A stretch of DNA of 53,545 nucleotides, taken from Chloroflexota bacterium. GTDB taxonomy: Bacteria; Chloroflexota; UBA6077; SHYK01. The notes under the pieces were generated by a model that saw only the letters and a program-made list of their open reading frames with translations, searched no databases and was not told the DNA's origin. The stretch covers positions 1-53,545 of the forward strand of contig JACQOR010000081.1 of the NCBI GenBank assembly GCA_016202435.1, written 5' to 3'. The position numbers and the translations under genes are program-made. Positions 16,932 through 26,124 of the stretch are shown here, piece after piece; the first letter of the stretch is position 1; every line of letters starts with the position of its first letter.

Positions 16932-18461
16932 CTAGGATACCGCCTGCGCAAGCACTCGGGGAATCTGCGGCAGCAAGTCTGACGCGGCCAGCCCACCTGC
17001 ACCGAAGTCCGCAGAAATGTTGGCGGCCGCGGCCCCGTGCGCCCAGACCCCAAGGCGGGCCGCGGCGCTCGGCGTCAGTCCCCGCGCCAGCAGGGCACCA
17101 ACGATTCCGGTGAGAACGTCTCCCGTGCCGGCCGTGGCCAGCACGGGGTTCGGACGGGCATGCACCCAGGCGTTCCGGCCACTGCCAATGCCGGTGAACG
17201 GACCTTTCACGACCACCGTCACCCCCCAGGCTCGGGAAAGTCGTCCTGCAAGCTCCCACGCGGGCTCGTCGGGCGCAAGATTCGTACCGACCAGGCGGGC
17301 AAGCTCCCCCAGGTGTGGCGTTAGCACGACTTTTTGACCGATCCAATTCTCCCAGCCTGGACGAGTGGCGAGTGCGTTGAGACCGTCAGCATCCACCACG
17401 ACGGGCAGGCCGGCGACTGCCGCGTGACGCAACACGGCTTCCACCACGTCGCCAGCGCTCCCATCCGTCGAGAGCCCCGGCCCGACCGCCACGGCATCGA
17501 ACCGGTTGAGCTGTGGCGTGAGACGTTCAACGCATTCACGGCCCTGGGCTGCCGGTCCGCCGTCCGGCAGGGGCAAAAAGGTGATCTCGGCCAGGCGACT
17601 GGCCACGACATCCCGCAACCAGGGCGGTGCGGCCAACACAACCAGGCCCGCACCCGCGCGGACGGCAGCGGCGGTGACGAGATACGCCGCGCCTGCGTAT
17701 CGGGCTGACCCGGCCAATACCAGAAGGCGCCCGAGCGTCCCTTTGTGGGCACCGAGGGGCGTTCTTGAGAGCATCCCTGCCAGTGACGTTAAAGTCACCA
17801 CTTCGGCCGCTTCTGAAGGGCCGGGGGCGAGCCCGATATCGGCGAAGGCCAGCTCGCCGGTCCACGAGGAGGCGGCGGCGGACAGTAAGCCCTGCTTGGC
17901 TCCACCCAGGACCACCGTGAGATCGGCGATAACTGCGATCCCCCTTGCTCGGCCCGTGTCCGGGTCGAGGCCGCTTGGGGTATCCACGGCCACCACCTTG
18001 GTGCCGCGTTCGGTACGGCGCTGCTCATTTAGCGCCTGGATGATCCCTCGGAGCGGTTGTCGGGGTTCGCCTCGCGCGCCAAGGCCAAGTAGCCCATCGA
18101 GAATGACGGTCGCGTCGCTGAGCGCATGGTCCAGTTCGGAGGTGCCCTCTGAATGGTCGACTGCCTTTCCCCCTGCGCGGGTGAACTCGTCCTTCTCAGC
18201 GGCCGTAATCGAATGGCCCGGGCATAGATAGAGACCGGCTTGCCACCCAAACTGGCGGAGGCGGCGTGCCGCGATCCAGGCGTCCCGGCCGTTGCGGCCG
18301 GTGCCGACGAGCGCAAGCACGACGGCCGGTGTAGGCCAGCGGGCCGCCACGGCTTCTGCCACCGCGCTGCCCGCTCGATCCTGGAGCTCCTGCTCGCTTG
18401 TGCCCGATGCCAGCGTCTGGCGCTCGAGGTCGCGCATCTCCGCTACCGAGATCACCTTCAT
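16932..18461 (-). CDS. nnr: Bifunctional NAD(P)H-hydrate epimerase/dehydratase
   Basis: YjeF-N (GTGRNGRD, DGLLGLG, AVDTPSG) plus YjeF-C (HKG..G, GPGL, DADGL, LTPH.GE, AGTGDVL). Confidence 0.95.
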   Translation of the reverse strand: MKVISVAEMRDLERQTLASGTSEQELQDRAGSAVAEAVAARWPTPAVVLALVGTGRNGRDAWIAARRLRQFGWQAGLYLCPGHSITAAEKDEFTRAGGKAVDHSEGTSELDHALSDATVILDGLLGLGARGEPRQPLRGIIQALNEQRRTERGTKVVAVDTPSGLDPDTGRARGIAVIADLTVVLGGAKQGLLSAAASSWTGELAFADIGLAPGPSEAAEVVTLTSLAGMLSRTPLGAHKGTLGRLLVLAGSARYAGAAYLVTAAAVRAGAGLVVLAAPPWLRDVVASRLAEITFLPLPDGGPAAQGRECVERLTPQLNRFDAVAVGPGLSTDGSAGDVVEAVLRHAAVAGLPVVVDADGLNALATRPGWENWIGQKVVLTPHLGELARLVGTNLAPDEPAWELAGRLSRAWGVTVVVKGPFTGIGSGRNAWVHARPNPVLATAGTGDVLTGIVGALLARGLTPSAAARLGVWAHGAAAANISADFGAGGLAASDLLPQIPRVLAQAVS

Positions 18462-18832
18462 CGCGAAGGCGCGCTCGGCGGTGTTTCGGCGATGGCGACG
18501 GCGATCGCGTTTTCGCGCGAGTGAGAGATACTGACCTCAATCTCGGTTACGCCCAGCCGCTCGGCACGGCGTAGCATCCGGCCAGACAAACGCACCTCCG
18601 GCTTTCCCGAGGGCAGGCGCACCACCTCGATGCTCCTGAACGCCATGCCGCCCACGCCAAGCGCTTTCATGACGGCCTCTTTTGCGGCGAATCGCCCGGC
18701 GAGAGACGCCACCCGCCCCTGATTCTGTTGCCACTCCAGGTCGGTATACACGCGTCGCCGGAGACCGGCCGGGTGGCGCGCGAGGACGCGCGCCAGCCGC
18801 GAGATTTCCACGATGTCGATTCCCAAGCCCAC
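18458..18832 (-). CDS. acpS: Holo-[acyl-carrier-protein] synthase
   Basis: GLGIDIVE, LAGRFAAKEAVMKALG, VSISH; start reassigned to GTG 18832. Confidence 0.95.
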   Translation of the reverse strand: MGLGIDIVEISRLARVLARHPAGLRRRVYTDLEWQQNQGRVASLAGRFAAKEAVMKALGVGGMAFRSIEVVRLPSGKPEVRLSGRMLRRAERLGVTEIEVSISHSRENAIAVAIAETPPSAPSR

Positions 18833-18866
18833 TCGTTTGCGCCCCCGTTTGCCGTGCTGAAATGGC

Positions 18867-18895
18867 ACCGTATCAGTGCGCCGTCCCAGTGTCAA
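18867..18895 (-). promoter_or_regulatory. Sigma70 promoter for acpS-nnr
   Basis: Minus strand TTGACA (18895-90), 17 nt spacer, TACGGT (18872-67) with TGn extension. Confidence 0.6.
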
Positions 18896-18927
18896 AAAGG
18901 CAGGCCGGGACGCTCGGGCGGCTGATC

Positions 18928-18961
18928 GATTGACACGGCGGCACGATGAGCCCTGTCAATC
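18928..18961. promoter_or_regulatory. Inverted repeat, candidate operator between divergent promoters
   Basis: GATTGACACGGC-N10-GCCCTGTCAATC, 11/12 arm match. Confidence 0.55.
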
Positions 18962-18980
18962 ACAGGCCCGTTACAAGTCG

Positions 18981-19009
18981 TTGACATGCCGGCACGGGGT
19001 AGGCACCAT
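18981..19009 (+). promoter_or_regulatory. Sigma70 promoter candidate for the XRE gene
   Basis: TTGACA (18981-86), 17 nt spacer, CACCAT (19004-09). Confidence 0.45.
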
Positions 19010-19048
19010 GCAGCCTGGCAGGCACTTAGTCCCTGCAGCGGAGGATGG

Positions 19049-19450
19049 ATGCAAGAGCGAGAGGATTTCCCGACACTGCTTCGATCATTCCGAGAGCGGG
19101 TGACGCGCTCTCGGAACAACCTGGCGTATGAGGTTGGCGTAGATCCGTCATACCTGACGCGGATTGAGCACGGCGACCGGGAGCCGCCGCGCCAGCACAT
19201 TGTTGAGGCGCTGGCGCGGGCCCTGCGTTTGACGATTCCGGAGCGGAACCGACTGCTCGTTGCGGCCGGCTACGCACCGGTCTCGATAGTGGAGCTCGGC
19301 GTGTGGGATGACGCGTTCCAGGCCGTGGCCGACGTGCTGAACGACCGACAGCTCTCGCAAGAGGAGCGCGACCAGTATCGGGCCGTCGTGCAACTCATCT
19401 CCACGCGGTGGCAAGCTGCCGGCCGCAATGCTCTGCTTGAGCTTCCCTGA
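19049..19450 (+). CDS. XRE-family HTH transcriptional regulator
   Basis: LLRSFRER...LAYEVGVDPSYLTRIEHGDR.PP...LARAL.L...ER..LL.AAG; GGAGGA SD before ATG 19049. Confidence 0.9.
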   Translation: MQEREDFPTLLRSFRERVTRSRNNLAYEVGVDPSYLTRIEHGDREPPRQHIVEALARALRLTIPERNRLLVAAGYAPVSIVELGVWDDAFQAVADVLNDRQLSQEERDQYRAVVQLISTRWQAAGRNALLELP

Positions 19451-19538
19451 TCAGGATCTCCTTCTTGGCTCGGCATGGGCCGTGCAGTTCCCTGCTAAGA
19501 TGCTTCAGAAACATGAAGATCGGGAGGAGGATTCCGGA

Positions 19539-20039
19539 TTGACGGATGAATCTCAGACCGAGGGGATGACAGAGTTCACGCCTGAGCGCTGGGAAACGGC
19601 GGTCGAGGATGCTGCAGAGATCGTTGCACTGCTTCTGGATCGGGGCCAGGCCATACTAGACGCCTTCAATGAACTGAGGCGCGAGCGCCCCATGCTTGTC
19701 TCCGCCGCGGCGGCAGCCGTCGGAGGCGCACTGATCGGAACGATTGTTGCGGGGCGGCGTCTCCGGCAGCGGAGCCGCAGACCCCTTGGTGCCGTGGCTC
19801 AGGCTACAGCCGTCGCCCAGGCGGCGGCCGAGCGCTTGGCGCAACAGCAGCCGCTGCGGTCGCGCCTGGGCGTCATGCGGGAGGGCCGATCCGGGTCCCG
19901 CCCTCAGGAGCGGCTCGTCGAGGGCGGGCGGGCGGCCCAGCACTTGCTGCAGCTGCTTCCAGTCGTCGTCGCGGTGCTAAAGAATCCCTTGGTTCGCACC
20001 GTGCTTTGGCGATTCGCTGTGCGATCCGTCCGCCGCTAG
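19539..20039 (+). CDS. Hypothetical membrane-associated protein
   Basis: GGAGG SD before TTG 19539; one Ala/Gly-rich TM and an amphipathic C-terminus; TGCTAAGAT extended -10 at 19493-19501. Confidence 0.7.
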   Translation: MTDESQTEGMTEFTPERWETAVEDAAEIVALLLDRGQAILDAFNELRRERPMLVSAAAAAVGGALIGTIVAGRRLRQRSRRPLGAVAQATAVAQAAAERLAQQQPLRSRLGVMREGRSGSRPQERLVEGGRAAQHLLQLLPVVVAVLKNPLVRTVLWRFAVRSVRR

Positions 20040-20111
20040 ACCGAATCGGCGACACCATGAGGGCGGCCCGTCAATTGCCGGACTAGCCTCGGTGGCGTTC
20101 GGGGTCAACCT

Positions 20112-21311
20112 CTAGCGGGGAACGTCAACCGTGCCGTTGAGGCGGGCTACTGTCTTGACGCGACCATCTCTGAGGTAGATCCGGGGTACCCGGGGACCGG
20201 TTCCCGTTAGCACGTCCCAGGGGATCGTATCCGCTGCCTTGGCAACGTCCCAAATGTCGAGCTTTCCGTTTGAGGCCTCTCCATAGAGCAGCGCTTCCGC
20301 ACCCGGCTGCACATCGGGGATGTTGCTTATGTCCACTACAGTGTGGTCCATCGACACCCGACCGAGCAACGGCGCCCTGCGCCCAGCGATCAACGCCGCA
20401 CCTCGGTTGGAGGCCATTCTGGGAACCCCGTCCGCGTAGCCAGCCCCGAGCGTTGCGGCGGGAGTGGGGCCATTGGCACGCCAAGTCTGTCCGTAGCCGA
20501 CGGCCGCCCCCGCTTCGAGCAACATTCGTCTTACAACTCGAGCCTTGAAGGAAACCGCCGGGCGCAGTATCGGTAATGCGGTCGGCCGTTCCGGAAATGG
20601 GCTGATCCCGTAGAGGCCCAGGCCCACTCGCACGAATTCCATATGGGCGTCCCGGTAGGCGAGGGTGGCAGCGGTGTTGGCGACGTGCCGCACGGGGAAC
20701 CGATAGCCGGCATGTGCGAGTTGTTGGACCACTCGGTCGAATATTCTCATTTGCTCAAGGGTCGTCGCTGGATCCGTGTCGTCGGCGCTCGCGAAATGGC
20801 TCCAAATCCCCTCCACCCGCAGACCGGTGGCGTCCGACAGGGCCCTTGCTAACGGCAACGCCTGTTGTGGCTCAACGCCGAAGCGGTGCAAGCCAGTGTC
20901 CACTTTGAGATGGACGGCGATGTCGCGACCTACTCGCGCGGCGGCCCTTTCCAACGCGGTGACCAGTTCCGGGGTGTCGACGGTTACGCACAAATTGTGA
21001 CCCGCGACCACATCCGTCTCGCTGGGGTCAGTGCGGCTGAGCACCAAGATCGGGGCCTGGATTCCTGCCGCGCGAAGCTCAACACCTTCGTGGACGCGAG
21101 CGACCGCGAGCCGACTGGCCCCCGCTGCGAGCGCGGTTGGCGCTATCTCCCGCGCCCCGAGGCCGTAGGCGTCTGCCTTGACGACCGCTGCCAGCGAGGC
21201 AGGCGCGATCCACCGGCAGAGCGTCCGCACATTCTCCGCTATGCGATCAAGGTCGATCTCCACCCAGCAGGGCAGACCGGGGCGTGGCTCGCGGTCGTCC
21301 GATGCGTTCAA
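20112..21311 (-). CDS. alr: Alanine racemase
   Basis: AVVKADAYG (PLP Lys), HLKVDTGLHRFG, SHFASAD, GYADG, GRVSMD. Confidence 0.97.
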   Translation of the reverse strand: MNASDDREPRPGLPCWVEIDLDRIAENVRTLCRWIAPASLAAVVKADAYGLGAREIAPTALAAGASRLAVARVHEGVELRAAGIQAPILVLSRTDPSETDVVAGHNLCVTVDTPELVTALERAAARVGRDIAVHLKVDTGLHRFGVEPQQALPLARALSDATGLRVEGIWSHFASADDTDPATTLEQMRIFDRVVQQLAHAGYRFPVRHVANTAATLAYRDAHMEFVRVGLGLYGISPFPERPTALPILRPAVSFKARVVRRMLLEAGAAVGYGQTWRANGPTPAATLGAGYADGVPRMASNRGAALIAGRRAPLLGRVSMDHTVVDISNIPDVQPGAEALLYGEASNGKLDIWDVAKAADTIPWDVLTGTGPRVPRIYLRDGRVKTVARLNGTVDVPR

Positions 21312-21364
21312 GAACGACGCCAGTGCCGGTCATGGGGGTGAGACGACGGTTCCATCTTGCGGTC

Positions 21365-21436
21365 ATTATAGGGAGGGGCTCCGACCTGATATTTTCTCGC
21401 GCGTCGTTGCTGGCATTCCGGAGGCGTGGCTACAAT
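21365..21436. promoter_or_regulatory. Divergent promoters for alr and proS
   Basis: TATAAT on minus at 21370-65; TTGCTG-N18-TACAAT on plus at 21407-21436. Confidence 0.5.
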
Positions 21437-21481
21437 CGGGCCTTCAGCGGGTTCTTGGCCGGCTTTGGCGAAGGAGCAGAC

Positions 21482-22927
21482 GTGTCGGAAGCTAGTCGAT
21501 TTGTGCAGGAAATAGCCGAGCAGAGTGACGATTTTTCGCGCTGGTACACCGATGTAGTTCTCAAAGCTGAGCTCGCGGATTACTCACCGGTTCGCGGATG
21601 CATGGTCATCCGGCCCTACGGCTATGCACTTTGGGAGAACATGCGTGACGCGCTCGACAAGCGCATCCGGGCCACTGGGCACGTGAACGCGTATTTCCCG
21701 CTCTTCATCCCCGAGAACCTCCTGAAGCAAGAGGCGGAGCACGTGGCGGGCTTCAGCCCCGAGGTTGCCTGGGTGACAGCGGGCGGCGATGACGATCTCG
21801 AAGAGCGTCTGGCCATTCGGCCAACCTCCGAAGTGCTGTTCCTCACGATGTACAGCAAGTGGATTCAGTCCTGGCGAGATCTCCCGGTGCTCATCAACCA
21901 GTGGGCGAACGTGGTGCGCTGGGAAATGCGAACGTACCTTTTCCTGCGGACTATGGAGTTCCTCTGGCAGGAGGGCCATACGGCTCATCGCACGGAAGTG
22001 GAGGCGCAAGAAGAAGTGCTCCGCATGCTAGAGGTGTACCGGGACTTCGTCGAGACGGAACTCGCGATTCCCGTCATTCCGGGTGGCAAATCGGAGGGCG
22101 AGAAGTTCGCGGGAGCGCAGGCGACCTATACGATCGAGGCGATGATGGGCGACGGACGAGCCTTGCAAGCCGGCACGTCCCACGCGTTTGGACAGCATTT
22201 CGCGCAGGTTTTCAACATCACCTTCCTCGACAGGGATGGCGAACGACGTCACGTCTGGACCACCAGCTGGGGCGTCACGACCCGTCTCGTGGGAGCCGTT
22301 GTCATGGCGCACGGTGACTCATCGGGGTTAGTGCTTCCACCCCGCGTGGCCCCGTACCAGGCCGTTGCGGTTCCGATCTTTCGGAATGAAGAGGAAGCAC
22401 AGCGGGTGCGCGGCGTCATCGACGACCTTGCCCGTCGCCTTGATGGCCGGGTGCGGCTCCACGCAGATTGGTCTGACCACACGCCGGGATGGAAGTTCAA
22501 CGAATGGGAGCTGCGAGGCGTGCCAGTCCGTCTGGAGATTGGACCCCGAGACGTGGCCAACGGCCAGGTGCTTGCGGTGAGAAGGGACACTCGAGAAAAG
22601 CAGGCGATTCCCGTCGGGGAGTTGTCCGCCCGCCTGCCCACCTTGCTTGAAGACATCCAGCGATCGCTTTTTGCGAAAGCTCTCGCCTTTCGCGAGTCGC
22701 GAAGCCACCGAGTAGGGTCGATTCAGGAAATCGTCCAACAGATTGAGGTTGAGCGTGGGTTTTTCTACGCGCCATGGTGCGGCAATGGAGAGTGTGAAGC
22801 GGAGGTCAAGGCGAAGACCGGTGCTACCCTCCGCTGCTTGCCTCTTCGAGGCGACGGGGAGTCGGGTGCGTGCCTCGTGTGTGGCCAGCCTGAAACGACG
22901 ACCGCCGTATTCGCGAGGGCGTATTGA
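21482..22927 (+). CDS. proS: Proline--tRNA ligase (archaeal/eukaryote-like type)
   Basis: IRPTSE, NQWANVVRWE, EFLWQEGHTAH, TSWGVTTRL, C-terminal Zn domain ending FARAY; AAGGAG SD. Confidence 0.97.
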   Translation: MSEASRFVQEIAEQSDDFSRWYTDVVLKAELADYSPVRGCMVIRPYGYALWENMRDALDKRIRATGHVNAYFPLFIPENLLKQEAEHVAGFSPEVAWVTAGGDDDLEERLAIRPTSEVLFLTMYSKWIQSWRDLPVLINQWANVVRWEMRTYLFLRTMEFLWQEGHTAHRTEVEAQEEVLRMLEVYRDFVETELAIPVIPGGKSEGEKFAGAQATYTIEAMMGDGRALQAGTSHAFGQHFAQVFNITFLDRDGERRHVWTTSWGVTTRLVGAVVMAHGDSSGLVLPPRVAPYQAVAVPIFRNEEEAQRVRGVIDDLARRLDGRVRLHADWSDHTPGWKFNEWELRGVPVRLEIGPRDVANGQVLAVRRDTREKQAIPVGELSARLPTLLEDIQRSLFAKALAFRESRSHRVGSIQEIVQQIEVERGFFYAPWCGNGECEAEVKAKTGATLRCLPLRGDGESGACLVCGQPETTTAVFARAY

Positions 22928-23922
22928 GCTCCGAGGATTTGCTAGAAGAGCTCATGAGACGTCTACAAGAGGATGCGCCGCTGCCAGAGATAGCTCTAGC
23001 CACGCTCAGCGGCCTAGAGGGGGAGCCTCTCCACCAGTTCCGCCGAGCCTGGATAGAGTTGGACACAGATCGCCGCGTGCGGCTAGTTTGGATCCTGACG
23101 GAAGCCGCCGCTGACAACGTGGTATTGGACTTCGCCGCGGTTTGCGAGGTGGCGATGAATGACCCGGAGCCCGTAGTACGGGAGCAGGCCTATCGGCTCG
23201 CGGGGGAGGACGCCGGCTCTTCACTCTTCGAGCCCACGCTGCGAGCCGCCGCTGACGAGCCGGACCATGAAGCGCGCACTGCGGCTATCGACACTCTGGG
23301 CGTCTTCACCCTCCAGGCCCAGGCGGATGACTGGCCGGAAGCGGCCCAGCAGGCGGCACAACGGGTGTTGCTTGACCAGCTCCACAGCCCCGAGGCTGAC
23401 CTCACTTTGCGTCAGGCAGCGCTGCTCTCCATCTCCTACCTGACCACTCCTGAGTCGGAAACCGAGATTCGGCAAGCATATGCGCAACCGGATATGCGTC
23501 AGACCGCCATTGAGGCAATGGGGCGGAATTGCCAGGACATCTGGCTTCCCGATTTGAGGACCGAGCTGCGCTCGAAGCAGCCAGCGTATCGACTCCAGGC
23601 GATCCTGGCGTGCATCGAGAGAGAGGATGAACGCCTCGTTCCTGATCTTGTTGATCGGATAGGGGATCCAGAACGAGAGGTGCGTCTCGCGGCCATCCAG
23701 GCCTTGGGCGCCATAGGAGGCAGGGACGCGGAATTGGCTCTGGACGAGATTGAGCGTTCATCCGACCCGGCATTCCGCCGCGCCGCGGCTCAGGCGTTGG
23801 GCGAAGCTCGCGGCCGGGACGAGTTCTTCTCGATCCCCCGTGGCCTCTCCGGCCGGGACGACTTGACGGGCGGCGAAGACGATGGCGTTGAGGACGGAGA
23901 AGACGACCCAGAAGGCCTCTAA
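22924..23922 (+). CDS. HEAT-repeat protein with an acidic tail
   Basis: Repeated D....VR..A..ALG units; overlaps the proS stop. Confidence 0.85.
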   Translation: MSSEDLLEELMRRLQEDAPLPEIALATLSGLEGEPLHQFRRAWIELDTDRRVRLVWILTEAAADNVVLDFAAVCEVAMNDPEPVVREQAYRLAGEDAGSSLFEPTLRAAADEPDHEARTAAIDTLGVFTLQAQADDWPEAAQQAAQRVLLDQLHSPEADLTLRQAALLSISYLTTPESETEIRQAYAQPDMRQTAIEAMGRNCQDIWLPDLRTELRSKQPAYRLQAILACIEREDERLVPDLVDRIGDPEREVRLAAIQALGAIGGRDAELALDEIERSSDPAFRRAAAQALGEARGRDEFFSIPRGLSGRDDLTGGEDDGVEDGEDDPEGL

Positions 23923-23950
23923 ATCATCCCCGTCCGTCAGACGGGCGCCG

Positions 23951-25021
23951 TCAGTTGACTGACAGCGGAGGGGCCACCCGTTCGGCGATTTCCTTCCAGA
24001 AAAAACACGCCACGTAGTGGCTCGGCTGGACCTCCTCGAGCGGCGGCTCGGCTTCGGAGCACTCTGGCTTGGCAAAAGGGCATCGCGTGTGGAAGCGGCA
24101 GCCACTCGGCGGATTCGCGGGATTTGGAACGTCCCCCTGCATGATGATGCGGGAACGTCGTTTCTCAACCGTAGGGTCAGGAACTGGGACTGCTGACAGT
24201 AGGGCCTTGGTATAGGGATGAAGCGGCAGGTCATAGAGATCCGCGCGGTCGGCGAGCTCGACGATCTTGCCGACGTACATCACCGCCACGCGCGTGCTGA
24301 TGTGTCGCACCACGGCGAGGTCGTGGGCGATGAACAGATACGTCAGCCCAAGCTGGTCCTGGAGCTCCTCCAGCAAGTTGATCAGCTGAGCCTGGATCGA
24401 AACGTCCAGCGCGCTGATGGGCTCATCGCAGACGATGAACTCGGGGTCGAGGATCAGGGCTCGCGCCACGCCGATGCGTTGGCGCTGGCCGCCGCTGAAT
24501 TCGTGCGGGTAACGGTTGACGAAGTACGGATTGAGACCGACGATTCGAAGAAGCTCCCGAACTTTCTCTTCACGTTCCTTCGGAGTGAGGAGATGGTGGA
24601 TTTCAAGCGGCTCCGCGATGATCGCGCCGACGGTCATGCGCGGGTCGAGCGATGCGAAAGGATCCTGAAAGATGATCTGCAGGTCCCGTCGGTAACGCCG
24701 CAGCTCATTTGGATCCAAGGTCACGAGATCCTTGCCTTCGTAGAAGACATGCCCGCCCGTGGGCTTCTGCAGTTGCAGCACCGCGCGGCCAGTCGTCGTC
24801 TTTCCACAGCCGCTTTCGCCGACGAGTCCGAGCGTCTCCCCACGTTTGACGTTGAAGCTAATGCCATCGACCGCATGCACATGTCCCAGGGTGCGCTCGA
24901 AGATCAGGCCGCGCCGGATCGGGAAATAGACCTGGAGATCTTTGACGTCCAGGAGAACCTCGCCCCAGCCCTCCTTTCTCGTAAGCGTGCCGGCGAGTTC
25001 GGCTATTGAAGTTTCAGCCAT
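23951..25021 (-). CDS. oppF: Oligopeptide/dipeptide ABC transporter ATP-binding protein (OppF/DppF-like)
   Basis: [35 protein letters not shown]; start ATG 25021. Confidence 0.93.
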   Translation of the reverse strand: MAETSIAELAGTLTRKEGWGEVLLDVKDLQVYFPIRRGLIFERTLGHVHAVDGISFNVKRGETLGLVGESGCGKTTTGRAVLQLQKPTGGHVFYEGKDLVTLDPNELRRYRRDLQIIFQDPFASLDPRMTVGAIIAEPLEIHHLLTPKEREEKVRELLRIVGLNPYFVNRYPHEFSGGQRQRIGVARALILDPEFIVCDEPISALDVSIQAQLINLLEELQDQLGLTYLFIAHDLAVVRHISTRVAVMYVGKIVELADRADLYDLPLHPYTKALLSAVPVPDPTVEKRRSRIIMQGDVPNPANPPSGCRFHTRCPFAKPECSEAEPPLEEVQPSHYVACFFWKEIAERVAPPLSVN

Positions 25022-26009
25022 CGGACTGCTCCTTCCCCTCATAGACGTTGACCCAGCATGCCACCCAATGTTCCTCGCCGACCAACGTGAGAGGGGGATT
25101 CTCCTCCTCGCTGCGCTCCACCGCGTAGACGCAGCGCGGCTGGAACGGACAGCTATCGCCGACCCGGGTGAGGTCCGGCGGGAAGCCCTCGATGGGAACC
25201 AGCTTTTGTCGGATAGATTGATCCACTCGCGGTATGGAACGGAGCAACCCGAGCGTGTACGGGTGTCGCGGATTGGCAAAAAGTTCTTCGGTGCCGGCCT
25301 TCTCCACGATGTAGCCGGCATACATCACATTGATTCGATCGCATAGGCCCGCGACGATGCCCAGGTCATGGGTGATCATGATGACGGCCATACCCAGGTC
25401 CTGGCGGAGGCGATTCAGCAGATCGAGGATCTGCGCCTGGATCGTTACGTCCAGCGCCGTTGTGGGCTCATCGCAGATGACAAGCTTCGGCTCGCAAGCC
25501 AGCATCATGGCGATCATTACCCGCTGGCGCATGCCGCCGCTGAAATTATGGGGGTACTCCCGAATCCGCGTTCGGGCGAACGGAATTTCTACCATCTCCA
25601 TCATCTCGACCGAACGACGCTCCGCGGCCGCCATGTCCATTCCCTTGTGGATAACGAGCGGCTCCGTCATCTGCCGCAGGATGGACAGAACAGGGTTCAA
25701 CGAGGTCATCGGATCTTGGAAGATCATGGAGATATCGTTGCCTCGGACCTTCCGAATCTCGTCGTCGCTGTACTTCAGCAGGTCTTGGCCTTCGAAAAGC
25801 ACCTCACCACCGACGATGCGACCTGGCACTGGGACCAGGTTGAGAACCGAAAGCGCGCTGATGGACTTGCCGCAGCCGCTCTCACCCACAATCCCAACCG
25901 CCTCGCCAGGCATCACCGTGTAGGAAATTCCATTGACGGCGTGTACCACGCCCTCGCGTGTGGGGAACTCGGTCCGGAGGTTTTTCACCTCGAGAAGTGG
26001 CTCTGGCAT
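25014..26009 (-). CDS. oppD: Oligopeptide/dipeptide ABC transporter ATP-binding protein (OppD/DppD-like)
   Basis: [30 protein letters not shown]; AGGAG SD before ATG 26009; TATAAT at 26065-60. Confidence 0.93.
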   Translation of the reverse strand: MPEPLLEVKNLRTEFPTREGVVHAVNGISYTVMPGEAVGIVGESGCGKSISALSVLNLVPVPGRIVGGEVLFEGQDLLKYSDDEIRKVRGNDISMIFQDPMTSLNPVLSILRQMTEPLVIHKGMDMAAAERRSVEMMEMVEIPFARTRIREYPHNFSGGMRQRVMIAMMLACEPKLVICDEPTTALDVTIQAQILDLLNRLRQDLGMAVIMITHDLGIVAGLCDRINVMYAGYIVEKAGTEELFANPRHPYTLGLLRSIPRVDQSIRQKLVPIEGFPPDLTRVGDSCPFQPRCVYAVERSEEENPPLTLVGEEHWVACWVNVYEGKEQSDG

Positions 26010-26124
26010 TTGTCTCCTCTGTTTTTTTCGGCACGAGCCCGCCCGGGTAAAAGTGGGCAATTATACTTGGGCGCTCTCCGGCAAGCTTGCCAGCCGGACC
26101 GGTCGAGCTGATGGTGCCGTCGCG

